Assembly: GCA_001563335.1 (NCBI GenBank)
Contig: LRSL01000109.1
Span: 60,546 to 124,545 of the forward strand
DNA from: Candidatus Thorarchaeota archaeon SMTZ1-45
GTDB lineage: Archaea; Asgardarchaeota; Thorarchaeia; Thorarchaeales; Thorarchaeaceae
DNA length: 64,000 bases
Reading direction: 5' to 3'
In this document: positions 39,329 to 49,303 of the stretch, piece after piece
Layout of the letters: the number at the start of each line of letters is the position of its first letter
How positions within the stretch are numbered: position 1 is the first letter of the stretch
Notes under the pieces: generated by a model
What the model was told of the DNA's origin: nothing
The model's input: only the letters and a program-made list of their open reading frames with translations
Databases searched by the model: none
Made by a program: the position numbers and the translations under genes

Positions 39329-42300
39329 ATGGTGATTTCAGATGATACAAGGATTGGGGTGTTTGTCTGCCACTGCGGTTTGAACATCGCTGGTACCGTT
39401 GATGTGAGCATGGTGAGTGAACATGCTAAAAAACTCCCAAATGTGGCTCACTCAGCAGACTTGATGTTTACCTGTTCAACAGATGGCTTGAAGACAATTC
39501 AAGATGCAATCAGAGAGTTTGACTTGAACAGGGTGATTGTTGCCTCGTGCACCCCAAGAACTCACGAGCCAATTTTCCGAAAGACAATAGAAGATGCAGG
39601 CCTCAATCGGTTTCTCTTTGAGATGGTAAATATCAGGGAACATGTTTCTTGGTGTACAATGCATGATGAAGAAGGTGCAAATGAGAAAGCCAAACGCTTA
39701 ATTGAAATGGCTGTGGCTAGAGCAAGGTTTCTCGAACCTTTGGATCCAGAGAGTGTTTCAATTATCCCAGAAATTGCAGTGATTGGGGGCGGTGTGTCTG
39801 GTATCTCTGCCGCACTTAGTGCAGCACATGCTGGATATCAAGTTCATCTAATAGAACGTCTTCCCACAATCGGAGGACAGATGGCACTCTTGGACAAGGT
39901 GTTTCCTCAAAACGACTGTGCTATTTGTATATTGGGTCCAATAATGGCTTCAGTTGAACATCATCCAAACATCAACCTGATGACCCTTAGTGAATTGGAG
40001 GAAGTAGATGGATATGTGGGAAATTTCAAATTGAAGGTCCGAAAGATGGCGCGATACATAGACTCTGAGAAATGCAATTCCTGTGGTGAGTGTGTTTCAG
40101 TATGTCCAGTTTCTATTTCCAATGATTATGAGTTTGGTCTTGTTGATGGCAAGGCAATCTACAGACCATTTCCACAAGCTGTACCTAATACCTTTTCAAT
40201 TGAAAAAAGAGGAATATCTCCTTGCAGAAACGCATGTCCTGCCAAAGTGAACAATCAAGCATTCATTGCACTCACCCGAGACGGACGAATGAAAGAGGCG
40301 CTTAACGTCCTTCGGGATGCGGCACCACTCCAACGAGTTCTCGGGCGTGTCTGTCATCATCCTTGTGAGGATAATTGTATTAGACGCGAACGTGATGATG
40401 CAGTCGCCATCAGGCAATTGAAGAGGTATGTGGCAGACTATGTAGCAGAGAATGAAAGCGATGTTCCAGAGAGAATAGAACCATCACAACCTGAGAAGAT
40501 TGCAGTAGTTGGGGCGGGTCCATCTGGATTGACATGCGCCCTTGACCTTCTATCCAAGGGCTATCCGGTCACCGTCTTTGATTCATCTAATAAGCCAGGT
40601 GGTCTAATCTCAAGCTGTATCCCAGAGTATCGTGTTTCGAGTGATATTGCCATGCAGGATATTAAATGGATACTTGGTCATGGCATTACTGTTCAGTTGA
40701 ATACCACAATTGGGAAGGACGTTAGCTTAGACCAACTTAGGAAAGACTTTGATGCAATATATATCGCAGTAGGTGCACAAAATCCTGCTAAGTTGAATCT
40801 TGAAGGCATGGAGAAGAAAGGAGTCTTGTACGGACTTCCATTCCTAAAGATGGCTAAGAGAGGAAAACCAATCAAGAGTTTCGGAAATGATGTTATCATA
40901 ATTGGTGGGGGAAATGTAGGGATTGATTGTGCTAGGACTTCGGTTAGGCTTGGTGCTAAGAAGGTCACACTTGTATGTCTAGAGACAAGAGATCTAACAT
41001 CACCAGATAGAATGCCTGCTCACGATTGGGAGATTGAAGCTGCGGAGGAGGAGAGAGTAAAGATATTGGGCTCTCTTGGTCCAACAAAGATAATCAGTAA
41101 AGGTGGAGTGGTAACAGGACTTGAAACAAGAGTCTGTTCCTCTGTATACACACCTGACGGTAAGTTTTCTCCAATATTCTCTAAAGATGCAGGTCCCACA
41201 ATCAAGGGTGACACGGTCATAATTGCCATAGGACAGAGGTCAGATCTCACAGGTCTAGAGAAGTTAGATTCAACTCAAGGCGGGAAACTCATAGTTGACA
41301 AAGATACTCTTGAAACCAACATTCCTGGCGTCTTTGCGGGAGGGGATGTGGTGACTGGACCCTCGAGTGTGATTGAAGCCATTGCACATGGCAAAGAGGC
41401 TGCCGAATCAATTCATCGATATTTGACAGGGACAGATCTCTATACGGGACGACAACGTGAGATACATGTTATATCCTCTGATGAGGTAAATCTGAAACAG
41501 TTTCCAAGATCAATCAGAGCAAAGACAAAAACTTTGAGTAGCAAAAAACGAAGGTCCAGCTTTGAAGAAGTAGAGCTTGGTTTTCTGAAAAAGGTTGCTG
41601 CACAAGAAGCAGAACGATGCATGAGTTGTGCTGTATGCAGCGAGTGTAAGACATGTCTTGAAAAGTGCGAGGCTGATGCTATTGATCATGATATGGTGGA
41701 TGAATTGGTGGAGCTAAATGTAGGTGCTATAATAGTGGCTACGGGAGGAGAATCATACAAACCAATTGAATCAAGAGAATATGGTTTTGGTTTTCTCCCA
41801 GATGTTGTCACAAACGCACAGTTCGAGAGAATTACTAATGCTGCAGGACCGACCCATGGTAAAATCAAACGCCCATCTGACGGAAAGACACCTGAGAGCG
41901 TTGCATTCATTCAGTGTGTTGGCTCAAGAGACCCTCGAGCAGAATCAGACTACTGCTGTTATTTTGGCTGTGAGAATTCACTCAAGCAAGCCACGCAGAT
42001 TAAGGAGAAGTATCCAGATACAGAAGTTAATATCTATGCAATCGATGTTCGAACCCATGGACCCGGATATGAAGACCTCTACCAGCGGGCATTGAACATG
42101 GGTGTGATTGTCATTAAAGGTAAGGCTTCGGAAGTTGAGGATGACCCTGCTAGTAATGGTGTAAGAGTATTTGCAGAGGACCTCTACACTGGTCGAAATA
42201 CATCACTAACCTACGATATGGTCGTACTTGCCACACCTATGCGCCCTCAGCACGATTCTATAGATTTTGCTCGAAAACTTGGCGTGAATACTGACCGACA

Positions 42301-42715
42301 TGGCTTCTTCTTATGTGCGCATCCAAAACTTCGACCTGTTGAGTCGTTCAAAGATGGCGTATTCTTTGCAGGCGCCTGTGTTGGACCAGCAGATATTAGG
42401 AATGCAGTCGCTCAAGGAAGAGGGGCTGCAGCAATGGCTCAGTCTCTGATATCATCTGGGAGTTTTGATATTGAGCCTATCTATGCTGAGATTGACAATG
42501 ACAAATGTAACAAATGTGAGCTATGTGCTGATTTCTGCCCATATTCAGCGCCTATACTAGAGGAGGATGAAATGGTCATAATGAAGGAGCTATGTCAGGG
42601 TTGTGGAACGTGTGCCGCAGGATGTCCACAAGAAGCTATTGACATGAGGCATTACAAGCGTAGTCAGATAATTCCTATGATTCATACTGCAGCTGGCAAG
42701 ACATCTGAGAAATAG
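39329..42715 (+). CDS. HdrA-like protein with an inserted GltD/NfnB-type FAD/NAD(P)-binding module (HdrL-like)
   Basis: CHCG N-terminus, LDKVFPQNDCAIC. Insert has SPCRNACP, GRVCHHPCE..C, GAGPSG, GGGNVGID, FAGGD. HdrA core resumes with CVGSR and a C-terminal ferredoxin. Confidence 0.88.
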   Translation: MVISDDTRIGVFVCHCGLNIAGTVDVSMVSEHAKKLPNVAHSADLMFTCSTDGLKTIQDAIREFDLNRVIVASCTPRTHEPIFRKTIEDAGLNRFLFEMVNIREHVSWCTMHDEEGANEKAKRLIEMAVARARFLEPLDPESVSIIPEIAVIGGGVSGISAALSAAHAGYQVHLIERLPTIGGQMALLDKVFPQNDCAICILGPIMASVEHHPNINLMTLSELEEVDGYVGNFKLKVRKMARYIDSEKCNSCGECVSVCPVSISNDYEFGLVDGKAIYRPFPQAVPNTFSIEKRGISPCRNACPAKVNNQAFIALTRDGRMKEALNVLRDAAPLQRVLGRVCHHPCEDNCIRRERDDAVAIRQLKRYVADYVAENESDVPERIEPSQPEKIAVVGAGPSGLTCALDLLSKGYPVTVFDSSNKPGGLISSCIPEYRVSSDIAMQDIKWILGHGITVQLNTTIGKDVSLDQLRKDFDAIYIAVGAQNPAKLNLEGMEKKGVLYGLPFLKMAKRGKPIKSFGNDVIIIGGGNVGIDCARTSVRLGAKKVTLVCLETRDLTSPDRMPAHDWEIEAAEEERVKILGSLGPTKIISKGGVVTGLETRVCSSVYTPDGKFSPIFSKDAGPTIKGDTVIIAIGQRSDLTGLEKLDSTQGGKLIVDKDTLETNIPGVFAGGDVVTGPSSVIEAIAHGKEAAESIHRYLTGTDLYTGRQREIHVISSDEVNLKQFPRSIRAKTKTLSSKKRRSSFEEVELGFLKKVAAQEAERCMSCAVCSECKTCLEKCEADAIDHDMVDELVELNVGAIIVATGGESYKPIESREYGFGFLPDVVTNAQFERITNAAGPTHGKIKRPSDGKTPESVAFIQCVGSRDPRAESDYCCYFGCENSLKQATQIKEKYPDTEVNIYAIDVRTHGPGYEDLYQRALNMGVIVIKGKASEVEDDPASNGVRVFAEDLYTGRNTSLTYDMVVLATPMRPQHDSIDFARKLGVNTDRHGFFLCAHPKLRPVESFKDGVFFAGACVGPADIRNAVAQGRGAAAMAQSLISSGSFDIEPIYAEIDNDKCNKCELCADFCPYSAPILEEDEMVIMKELCQGCGTCAAGCPQEAIDMRHYKRSQIIPMIHTAAGKTSEK

Positions 42716-42795
42716 TGTTCAATGATGGTAACGAGTATAGGCACTTCAAATATCACCATTTTCTGCATGTTTCAAGATCTGATAGATTCTAGAAG

Positions 42796-42857
42796 AGTTG
42801 CATAAAAAAGGTTAATTTATAAGCTCTCGAGTCTGATAGTTGCATGAAATAGGTTAA
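42796..42857 (+). promoter_or_regulatory. 20-bp direct repeat pair flanking a TATA box
   Basis: AGTTGCATAAAAAAGGTTAA (42796-42815) and AGTTGCATGAAATAGGTTAA (42838-42857), with TTTATAA at 42816-42822. Confidence 0.55.
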
Positions 42858-42869
42858 CTCTTTGAGGAT

Positions 42870-43352
42870 TTGGATTTCATGTTTACAAGCTTCAGATATC
42901 CAACAAAAAAACAGAATCTCATCTGGTTAAAGAGAAGGCAAAAGATAGCTCCATCAGTAATCGCTCAAGAACTACAAGTGTCAAGACCCTTTGTAAGTCA
43001 GGCACAGAGAATAGCAGAGCAGAGAATCAAGAAACTACTGCTTAATGCTGCGCAAGTAAACAGAATCAAGATCCACAATGTGAGTACGAGATATGGCTTT
43101 GCCCTGGGCTTTTGTCCAGCCAACAATGCTCGTACTTTCATAACCTACTCACCAGATTATCGGGTTCAGGTTTGGTTCGATCATGAGGGGGACTGTAGTA
43201 ACTGTGAGGAGGAAACAGAATGTGGGAGGATATTACGGGGTTTGGCAGAAGAGTGGAACATTGGCATACCAATTGGAATGCCACCAACCAGAATTGCAAA
43301 GATCCTATTTGAAAGAATAATAGAACGGCTAGGGTGGGGGAAAAAAGAGTGA
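42870..43352 (+). CDS. HTH DNA-binding protein with C-terminal Cys motif
   Basis: PSVIAQELQVSRPFVSQA HTH; HEGDCSNC....C possible zinc site. Confidence 0.75.
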   Translation: MDFMFTSFRYPTKKQNLIWLKRRQKIAPSVIAQELQVSRPFVSQAQRIAEQRIKKLLLNAAQVNRIKIHNVSTRYGFALGFCPANNARTFITYSPDYRVQVWFDHEGDCSNCEEETECGRILRGLAEEWNIGIPIGMPPTRIAKILFERIIERLGWGKKE

Positions 43353-45289
43353 AAGTGAGAATTCCGGAGATTATTCTTAGAGCTTGTCGCATCCCTAAGA
43401 AAGCTGTAATCAGAATGGGGGAGATTTCAGAAGCTGCATACAATGAGCACATCAAACCTAGAATGTCAGAAGACCTAACTCCGCATAAAATTCTCACGTT
43501 TGTCATCCTAGTCACTATACTATTACCATCATTTCTGAATCTTTCATATCGGGTCCCACCAGCCACAAGTTTCACTCTGGAGGCAGAAGTCAGTAACACG
43601 ACGTACAGTGAAACCATGTTGTTTTCTGAAAATGGAGTGAATAGCACCGTACTACTCAACAATACACCATTCAATCCAGATAGAGAATGGAGTTTGTTCG
43701 AAGAGTATGACTTCAATAGATATGCTTGGAATGAGAGTGATGGATATCACATGACACATGATCCTCTTACTATCTATAGTGTTGTTTCATTTACTCATAG
43801 AGAGTATATTCCAATAAAGAATTGTAGTGATGTATCAATACATGTAGTTGTTGAGGGGATTGTAGGTGAAGCTGGATTATATCTAGAGGGATTTGCTTCT
43901 GAGGAGAGGGCTGTAGAAGAGTGTGATATTGATGCAGGTGCCATCTCAGTGGCATCGCTTCATTTGCCTTTGGAGGAGGCGAGGGTAGGAGGGACTAACT
44001 GGTTATGTCCATTGATTTTCAATATACAGTTTGGACTGAGCGCAGGAGCCCATATCATTATCAGAAGTGTAGTCATCCAAGCTGTTTTCGAGAGTGAACT
44101 ATGCCGCGTTATTATTGATTTCCAAACTAGTGATGGCCAGAGTTTGTTTCGCAATCCATACATGTCAATCATTGATACAAATCCTCAACTCTTTTTTACA
44201 TATGATAATGATTCAGATTCACTCTCATTGTTTTCTCCTGATGGAATAAACGATACATTATACTTGCTCCCAGGGAAATACGAAGGGATTGCAAACTGGG
44301 GATGGAATGCAACTGCGCCGGACCCACTTCATTGGTCACCAAATGTGTTCTTCGAGGTTCAGGACGGGAATGCTCAGCATGTTTCTATTAGGATGTATAC
44401 AATTCGTCTTGATTTCGAGGTTACACCCAGAATAGTGTATAGATCTCTATCAGTCCGTTTCATGGATGAGCAAATCTATTATCTTACACCCAACATAATA
44501 GGTTCAACTCTTGAAATTCCGTTTCCAGAGTTTCTTTACATTCCAGGAGGTACAGGGACACTAACCATCAGGTACTATTCATGGTCACCATATGAACCAC
44601 TATCAGGACAGACCTTTAATCCAGACACAAGTAGTCGTATCGAAACCACTGTAATTATTGATGAAACTAATAGTTCTAGAAATCTGATGTTTCGTGTCAT
44701 ACTCCCGTATCTACCAGTCTTTGGAGTTGCATTGGGTGCAGGGGAGATTATACTGCTGAGTATGGTTATCGTACTGCTCTGTTTATCTTTCATTGCATTT
44801 CGTAGAGTCTTTCGTTATTCCAATCTTAGGCACAGGTTAAATGATACTAGATTAATACCAGTTTTATTGTTGACGACTAGTTTATTTGTACCATGGCATA
44901 TTCAGATGGGACCTTATCTAGATACATTGTATATTGGAGTAGAGTGGGTTGTATGGTGGGCAACGCCACTTATGGTAAGATGGTATGACGGTTTGTCAGG
45001 ACAAGTATTAGTAGCGAGCCATCCATGGATAGATACATTCTTTCATTCCACATTGTTCCTTCTTATTCCGATCATCTACGGTTGGTTTGTAATAGCTCGA
45101 CCAGAAGGTGAAAAATTGGAACGTGGTTTCATTCTCTCACTTCTCCTTCCATATCTTGTTGTGCTTTCTGCTCTTGATTATGCTTCAGCTACAGGTAGTG
45201 TGCCATCAGTGGGTTTAGTCTTGGTAATGATTGCGTTTCCTGTTTGGGTGATTCGATACTTACTCAAAAGGTTTAGAGTTCTGAATTGA
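43334..45289 (+). CDS. Large membrane protein with extracellular beta-rich domain, unknown function
   Basis: N-terminal TM, about 400 aa exodomain, about 5 C-terminal TMs; start uncertain (GTG at 43349 overlaps the upstream stop). Confidence 0.75.
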   Translation: MGEKRVKVRIPEIILRACRIPKKAVIRMGEISEAAYNEHIKPRMSEDLTPHKILTFVILVTILLPSFLNLSYRVPPATSFTLEAEVSNTTYSETMLFSENGVNSTVLLNNTPFNPDREWSLFEEYDFNRYAWNESDGYHMTHDPLTIYSVVSFTHREYIPIKNCSDVSIHVVVEGIVGEAGLYLEGFASEERAVEECDIDAGAISVASLHLPLEEARVGGTNWLCPLIFNIQFGLSAGAHIIIRSVVIQAVFESELCRVIIDFQTSDGQSLFRNPYMSIIDTNPQLFFTYDNDSDSLSLFSPDGINDTLYLLPGKYEGIANWGWNATAPDPLHWSPNVFFEVQDGNAQHVSIRMYTIRLDFEVTPRIVYRSLSVRFMDEQIYYLTPNIIGSTLEIPFPEFLYIPGGTGTLTIRYYSWSPYEPLSGQTFNPDTSSRIETTVIIDETNSSRNLMFRVILPYLPVFGVALGAGEIILLSMVIVLLCLSFIAFRRVFRYSNLRHRLNDTRLIPVLLLTTSLFVPWHIQMGPYLDTLYIGVEWVVWWATPLMVRWYDGLSGQVLVASHPWIDTFFHSTLFLLIPIIYGWFVIARPEGEKLERGFILSLLLPYLVVLSALDYASATGSVPSVGLVLVMIAFPVWVIRYLLKRFRVLN

Positions 45290-45307
45290 TTAATTCGATT
45301 AATTCAG
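45281..45307 (+). terminator. AT-rich hairpin over the stop codon
   Basis: CTGAATTGAT-TAATTCG-ATTAATTCAG, 10-bp stem including one G-U pair. Confidence 0.35.
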
Positions 45308-45424
45308 GATTTCAGTAAAAATGCTTAGAGATTGCTTAACTCTGTTAACAAAAACGATGGTCACATCAACAATCCTTTTATCATGTTTGCCCCTGAGGCG
45401 GGTTGTGAACAGGAGAATCTACCA

Positions 45425-46267
45425 ATGACTGAAACTGCACCGGTCCTAAAACATCCAATGGCCAAATATATTCGAGAGGATCGCCAACCCTGGATATATT
45501 GCTCCGGTTGTTCTGTTGGAGTAGTCACAGGAATGATTGCACGAGCAATCGACAATCTGAAGATAGACTTCCATAAAACCGTCGTTGTTTCAGGAATTGG
45601 TTGCACTGGCCGTACATCAGGATACTTCAAGACTGGTACCTATCACACTACCCATGGTCGAGCCATTGCTTTTGCGGAAGGTGTGAAGATTGCAAACCCT
45701 GAACTCGAAGTCATTGTAGTCAGCGGAGATGGAGATATTGCGGCCATTGGTGGAAACCACCTCATTCATGCGGCTCGAAGAAACATAGACATGACAGTTG
45801 TCTGTATTAACAACTTCAACTATGGAATGACTGGGGGACAGTTTGGCCCAACAACAGAGCATGGCAGATATTCACAGACTAGTCCACGACCAATTGGTGT
45901 TATTGAACATCCATTTAACTTGGTCAAACTGGCAGCTTCGTCAGGTGCGACCTTTGTTGCACGTTGGACCGCGGTACAAGCTCGTAGAGCGACAAAGTCC
46001 ATTGAGAAAGGCATCAAGAAAGAGGGCTTTTCATTTGTGGAAATCATAGGAGCTTGTCCAACAGAATATGGCAGAATGAACCGCCTTGGAGATGGATTGG
46101 CAATGCACAAACACCTGCTTGAGGTGGCAGAGATCCAGAATGGTCTACCTCCTCATGAAGCAGAGCTTGATTATGAGAAGAGGATTGTTTGTGGAGAGTT
46201 TGTAGACATCGTCAAACCTGAATATACGAATGTTCTTCGAGAGATGCACCAAAAACTCAAGGGGTGA
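45425..46267 (+). CDS. korB: 2-oxoacid:ferredoxin oxidoreductase beta subunit (TPP-binding)
   Basis: CSGC, VSGIGC, HGRA, GDGD..AIGGNH, NN.NYGMTGGQ..PT, CP. Confidence 0.93.
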   Translation: MTETAPVLKHPMAKYIREDRQPWIYCSGCSVGVVTGMIARAIDNLKIDFHKTVVVSGIGCTGRTSGYFKTGTYHTTHGRAIAFAEGVKIANPELEVIVVSGDGDIAAIGGNHLIHAARRNIDMTVVCINNFNYGMTGGQFGPTTEHGRYSQTSPRPIGVIEHPFNLVKLAASSGATFVARWTAVQARRATKSIEKGIKKEGFSFVEIIGACPTEYGRMNRLGDGLAMHKHLLEVAEIQNGLPPHEAELDYEKRIVCGEFVDIVKPEYTNVLREMHQKLKG

Positions 46268-46272
46268 TTCTG

Positions 46273-46830
46273 ATGTCACGCTATGAGATCAGATTTGGTG
46301 GTTTTGGAGGACAGGGTATAGTCACTATGGCAGTCGTCTTGGGAGAAACCATTTCACTCATTGAGAAGAAGCAGTGTGTTCAGACACAGAGTTATGGTCC
46401 TGAAGCAAGGGGTGGGGCTACAAAGAGTGAACTTGTGATTGATGATGTAGAGGTTGACTATCCCAAAGTTCAGGAGCCAGATGTTTTTGTAGCTATGAGT
46501 CGGGCTGCATACTTGGAATATATTGACGGGCTAAAGGATGATGGGATTCTTATCATTGATGAAGACTTGGTGGAAGTTGAGGGCGACCTACCAGATAGTG
46601 TAAAAATCTACAAGATTCCTGCTACAAGAATAGCTGATGTTGAGGTGGGAGTAAAGCAAGCAACAAATGTCGTTATGTTGGGAGCCTTAACTGCCATTAC
46701 TGGAATTGTAACGCCTGAAGGACTTAAGCAACAGATTATTGACCGATGGCCAAGATTCAAGGAAACCAACCTAAAAGCTTTGGAACTTGGTATGAAAGCT
46801 GGGAGAGAAGCTATTCCATTTAGTGCTTGA
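46273..46830 (+). CDS. korC: 2-oxoacid:ferredoxin oxidoreductase gamma subunit
   Basis: GFGGQG, SYGPEARGG, NVVMLGA. Confidence 0.92.
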   Translation: MSRYEIRFGGFGGQGIVTMAVVLGETISLIEKKQCVQTQSYGPEARGGATKSELVIDDVEVDYPKVQEPDVFVAMSRAAYLEYIDGLKDDGILIIDEDLVEVEGDLPDSVKIYKIPATRIADVEVGVKQATNVVMLGALTAITGIVTPEGLKQQIIDRWPRFKETNLKALELGMKAGREAIPFSA

Positions 46831-46906
46831 TCTTGCAATAGTTGCAGAAGAATTCGCTGACTATGGAGATTCTGACTTGAAGAATGTATCTTAGCAGAGT
46901 TTCAAA

Positions 46907-47269
46907 TCATTTCCTCTTCTTTGGTTCTTTTGGAGGAAGACTTGATACATAGTTAACAGATTTATGAAATAACTCTACTAGAAGTGGTTTATCATCCAGA
47001 ATTGGATTGGACAACACGACATACTCTTTCATCACCATTCTGGGACGTGGTTCAAAGACCATGATTCCATCTTGTGACAAAGCTTCTTCCCGATCCTTGG
47101 GAGAGAGTCTAAGGAAAAGGTATGGGAGATGAACTCCTGTAAACATGTTATTGTTGATGAAGTAAGTAAACTTGCCGAACATCTTCTTTTCTACGTAATC
47201 AACGCCAGCCAAGTTCTCCTTAATGAGTTCAACAAGCTTCGATTCTGACCTCTCTTTCTTGTTAGTCAT
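46907..47269 (-). CDS. TfoX/Sxy N-terminal domain protein
   Basis: KKMFG......NMF, FEP.....MKEYV, LPPK. Confidence 0.8.
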   Translation of the reverse strand: MTNKKERSESKLVELIKENLAGVDYVEKKMFGKFTYFINNNMFTGVHLPYLFLRLSPKDREEALSQDGIMVFEPRPRMVMKEYVVLSNPILDDKPLLVELFHKSVNYVSSLPPKEPKKRK

Positions 47270-48051
47270 TACATCTCGCCTTTCTTCTCTAAAGCGATGA
47301 CAGCCGCTCCTAGTGCACCAGTTAGTTGCGGTTCATCTGGGACCCATAGTTCCACACCTAGTTGATTTGATAGGTGATGTTTGAAAGCAGGATTCAGAGC
47401 AACTCCTCCAGTAACACAAACTGGCTCTTTGACTCCAACGCGCTTTGATAGTGCACTAATCTTGGAAACCATGGATATGTGAACTCCTGCTGCGATATCT
47501 GCGGCAGATTTCCCAGCACCAATATGCCCAATGACCTCGCTTTCTGCAAAGACTGTGCAGGTGCTACTTATCGAACAAGGAGTTTTTGATTGGAGCGCGA
47601 GTGGACCTAGTTCATCAATGGAAACATCAAGTACACGCGCCATGACCTCAAGAAAGCGTCCAGTTCCAGCAGAACACTTGTCGTTTAATTCAAAGTCCTC
47701 AGGTCTTCCAGATGACCCAACACGAATAACCTTAGAGTCTTGACCTCCTACATCAATGAGCAGACGTATGTCTGGATTTATGTAATGCACACCGACACTG
47801 TGACAAGTGATTTCAGTGACTGACTTTTCTGCTAGCTCAACACGTGCACGACCATAACCTGTACTAATCATAGGGACCCCATTAAGATCAATGTTCGATG
47901 ATGATGAGATATTATGTAGAGTCTTTTCCACTGCTTGAACTGCTGATGCACCAGTCAACATCAGTGACTTAGCAATTATGTTACCTGAACTGTCTAGTAG
48001 AACGCCCTTTGTTGTAGTTGAACCTACATCAATTCCAACACCCATTTCCAA
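47269..48051 (-). CDS. 2-hydroxyacyl-CoA dehydratase activator (HgdC/HadI-like ASKHA ATPase)
   Basis: GIDVGSTTTK, TGYGR, EITCH, DVGGQDSK, NDKCSAGTGRFLE, STCTVFAESE, TGGVA. Confidence 0.93.
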   Translation of the reverse strand: MEMGVGIDVGSTTTKGVLLDSSGNIIAKSLMLTGASAVQAVEKTLHNISSSSNIDLNGVPMISTGYGRARVELAEKSVTEITCHSVGVHYINPDIRLLIDVGGQDSKVIRVGSSGRPEDFELNDKCSAGTGRFLEVMARVLDVSIDELGPLALQSKTPCSISSTCTVFAESEVIGHIGAGKSAADIAAGVHISMVSKISALSKRVGVKEPVCVTGGVALNPAFKHHLSNQLGVELWVPDEPQLTGALGAAVIALEKKGEM

Positions 48052-48064
48052 TGATTTTCTCTCC

Positions 48065-49303
48065 TCACATCAACATCTCAAGCAGCGCGTCTACTCGGGT
48101 TTCAATTTGAGCCTCGTTATATACCCTAGAGTCTACCATGTCACCCTCAATTATAACGCCAGGTACACCTGTTCTCTCAGTGACCAACTCTTTTGACACA
48201 AGCTGTCCAAGAGAGTAACGTTTGCAAGAACGTACAGAGAACATGACAAACCCATCAAGGTCATAATCCTTAATTAGTTGGCACATTTTATCGACCTTAG
48301 CATCGAGTCCCATGTTCAAGTACACCTTAGAATATGTTTCAACTACTTCATCGATAATAGAGTGTGTATCAGTGCCCACCATATTGCCTGTCCATGCGTG
48401 GGTATATGTGTCAGCGGGAAACCCAACTCCTCTGCTTGCCAGTATGTTGAAGAATCTTAGAGTATGCCATGGTGGAATATTGTCCCAAAGCAAACGAACC
48501 TTTTCATCTCGAATAGCACCAATTCTATTCTTGACACGTTCCTCTACCTCTGCAACAAAGGCTTCGTAAAACTCAACACAATGTTCAGTCCCCCGACTTG
48601 ACACCACGGGAGCCATCGTCAAGAATCTATCTGCACAGTTTAATGGACTTGGCTTGTTCTTGCAGGCCTCAAGGGCACTAATCCAGAGTTTTGTTGCTCT
48701 ACTTGAAAGCTCAGCCACTTTGCGAATCCTATCCTCTTCAAGAGTTCGATTGAATTGTGAACCAATAAACTCAATCAGACGTTCGACGCCACGATGCACA
48801 TACTCCCTATTATGAGGGAGCTGCTGTTTGTCTATAGGTGGTGTATCTAGAAGGAATACTGGAGCACCAGTCATCTCAGAGATAGCATCATACCATCGTA
48901 GAACAGTTCCACAGATATTGTTGCATGCGAGGAGAATCTGAGGTGTTGGAAGTGAACCCACTGGGACTTTATCGGGTTTTTCTGTTGATCCAATGCTTGA
49001 ACGTGCATAGGAGCAAAGATCCTGCGAATACCCGAGGTCTTCTGCATATCCGCATATTTCCGGCCCGATTTTCTGAGCGCCAATGATGGCTCCTGCTTGT
49101 TCGGGATAGACTACACCAAGATTCATTGCTATCGGAATCTCCACGGGAAATCCTGAGGTCACCCACGCAAGGTTACCATTCTCACTTGCCTCCATTGCCT
49201 CTAGTCCATGGCGTAATGCAATCTGTTGTAGAAGAGTTTGTGTTTCAAGACGTCTGTAGGGTTTTTCTTCACTTGGTCGTTCCTGAGTCATTTTACAGCT
49301 CAC
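48065..49303 (-). CDS. 2-hydroxyacyl-CoA dehydratase subunit (HgdA/HadB/BcrB family)
   Basis: YPE..GA.IGA.K, GYSQDLCSYAR, NNIC, RSCK, EGDMVD.R, TRVDA. Confidence 0.88.
   Translation of the reverse strand: MSCKMTQERPSEEKPYRRLETQTLLQQIALRHGLEAMEASENGNLAWVTSGFPVEIPIAMNLGVVYPEQAGAIIGAQKIGPEICGYAEDLGYSQDLCSYARSSIGSTEKPDKVPVGSLPTPQILLACNNICGTVLRWYDAISEMTGAPVFLLDTPPIDKQQLPHNREYVHRGVERLIEFIGSQFNRTLEEDRIRKVAELSSRATKLWISALEACKNKPSPLNCADRFLTMAPVVSSRGTEHCVEFYEAFVAEVEERVKNRIGAIRDEKVRLLWDNIPPWHTLRFFNILASRGVGFPADTYTHAWTGNMVGTDTHSIIDEVVETYSKVYLNMGLDAKVDKMCQLIKDYDLDGFVMFSVRSCKRYSLGQLVSKELVTERTGVPGVIIEGDMVDSRVYNEAQIETRVDALLEMLM

Noticed and set aside
22482-42715. Selenocysteine-containing HdrA/MvhD (UGA recoding, SECIS)
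   Set aside because: All three HdrA-family ORFs are uninterrupted. Positions that are Sec in some homologs are Cys here (ECSAC, DCSMC, DCAIC, CNWC, CHIGDCHY).
43138-43716. 192-aa minus-strand ORF
   Set aside because: Overlaps two better-supported plus-strand genes.
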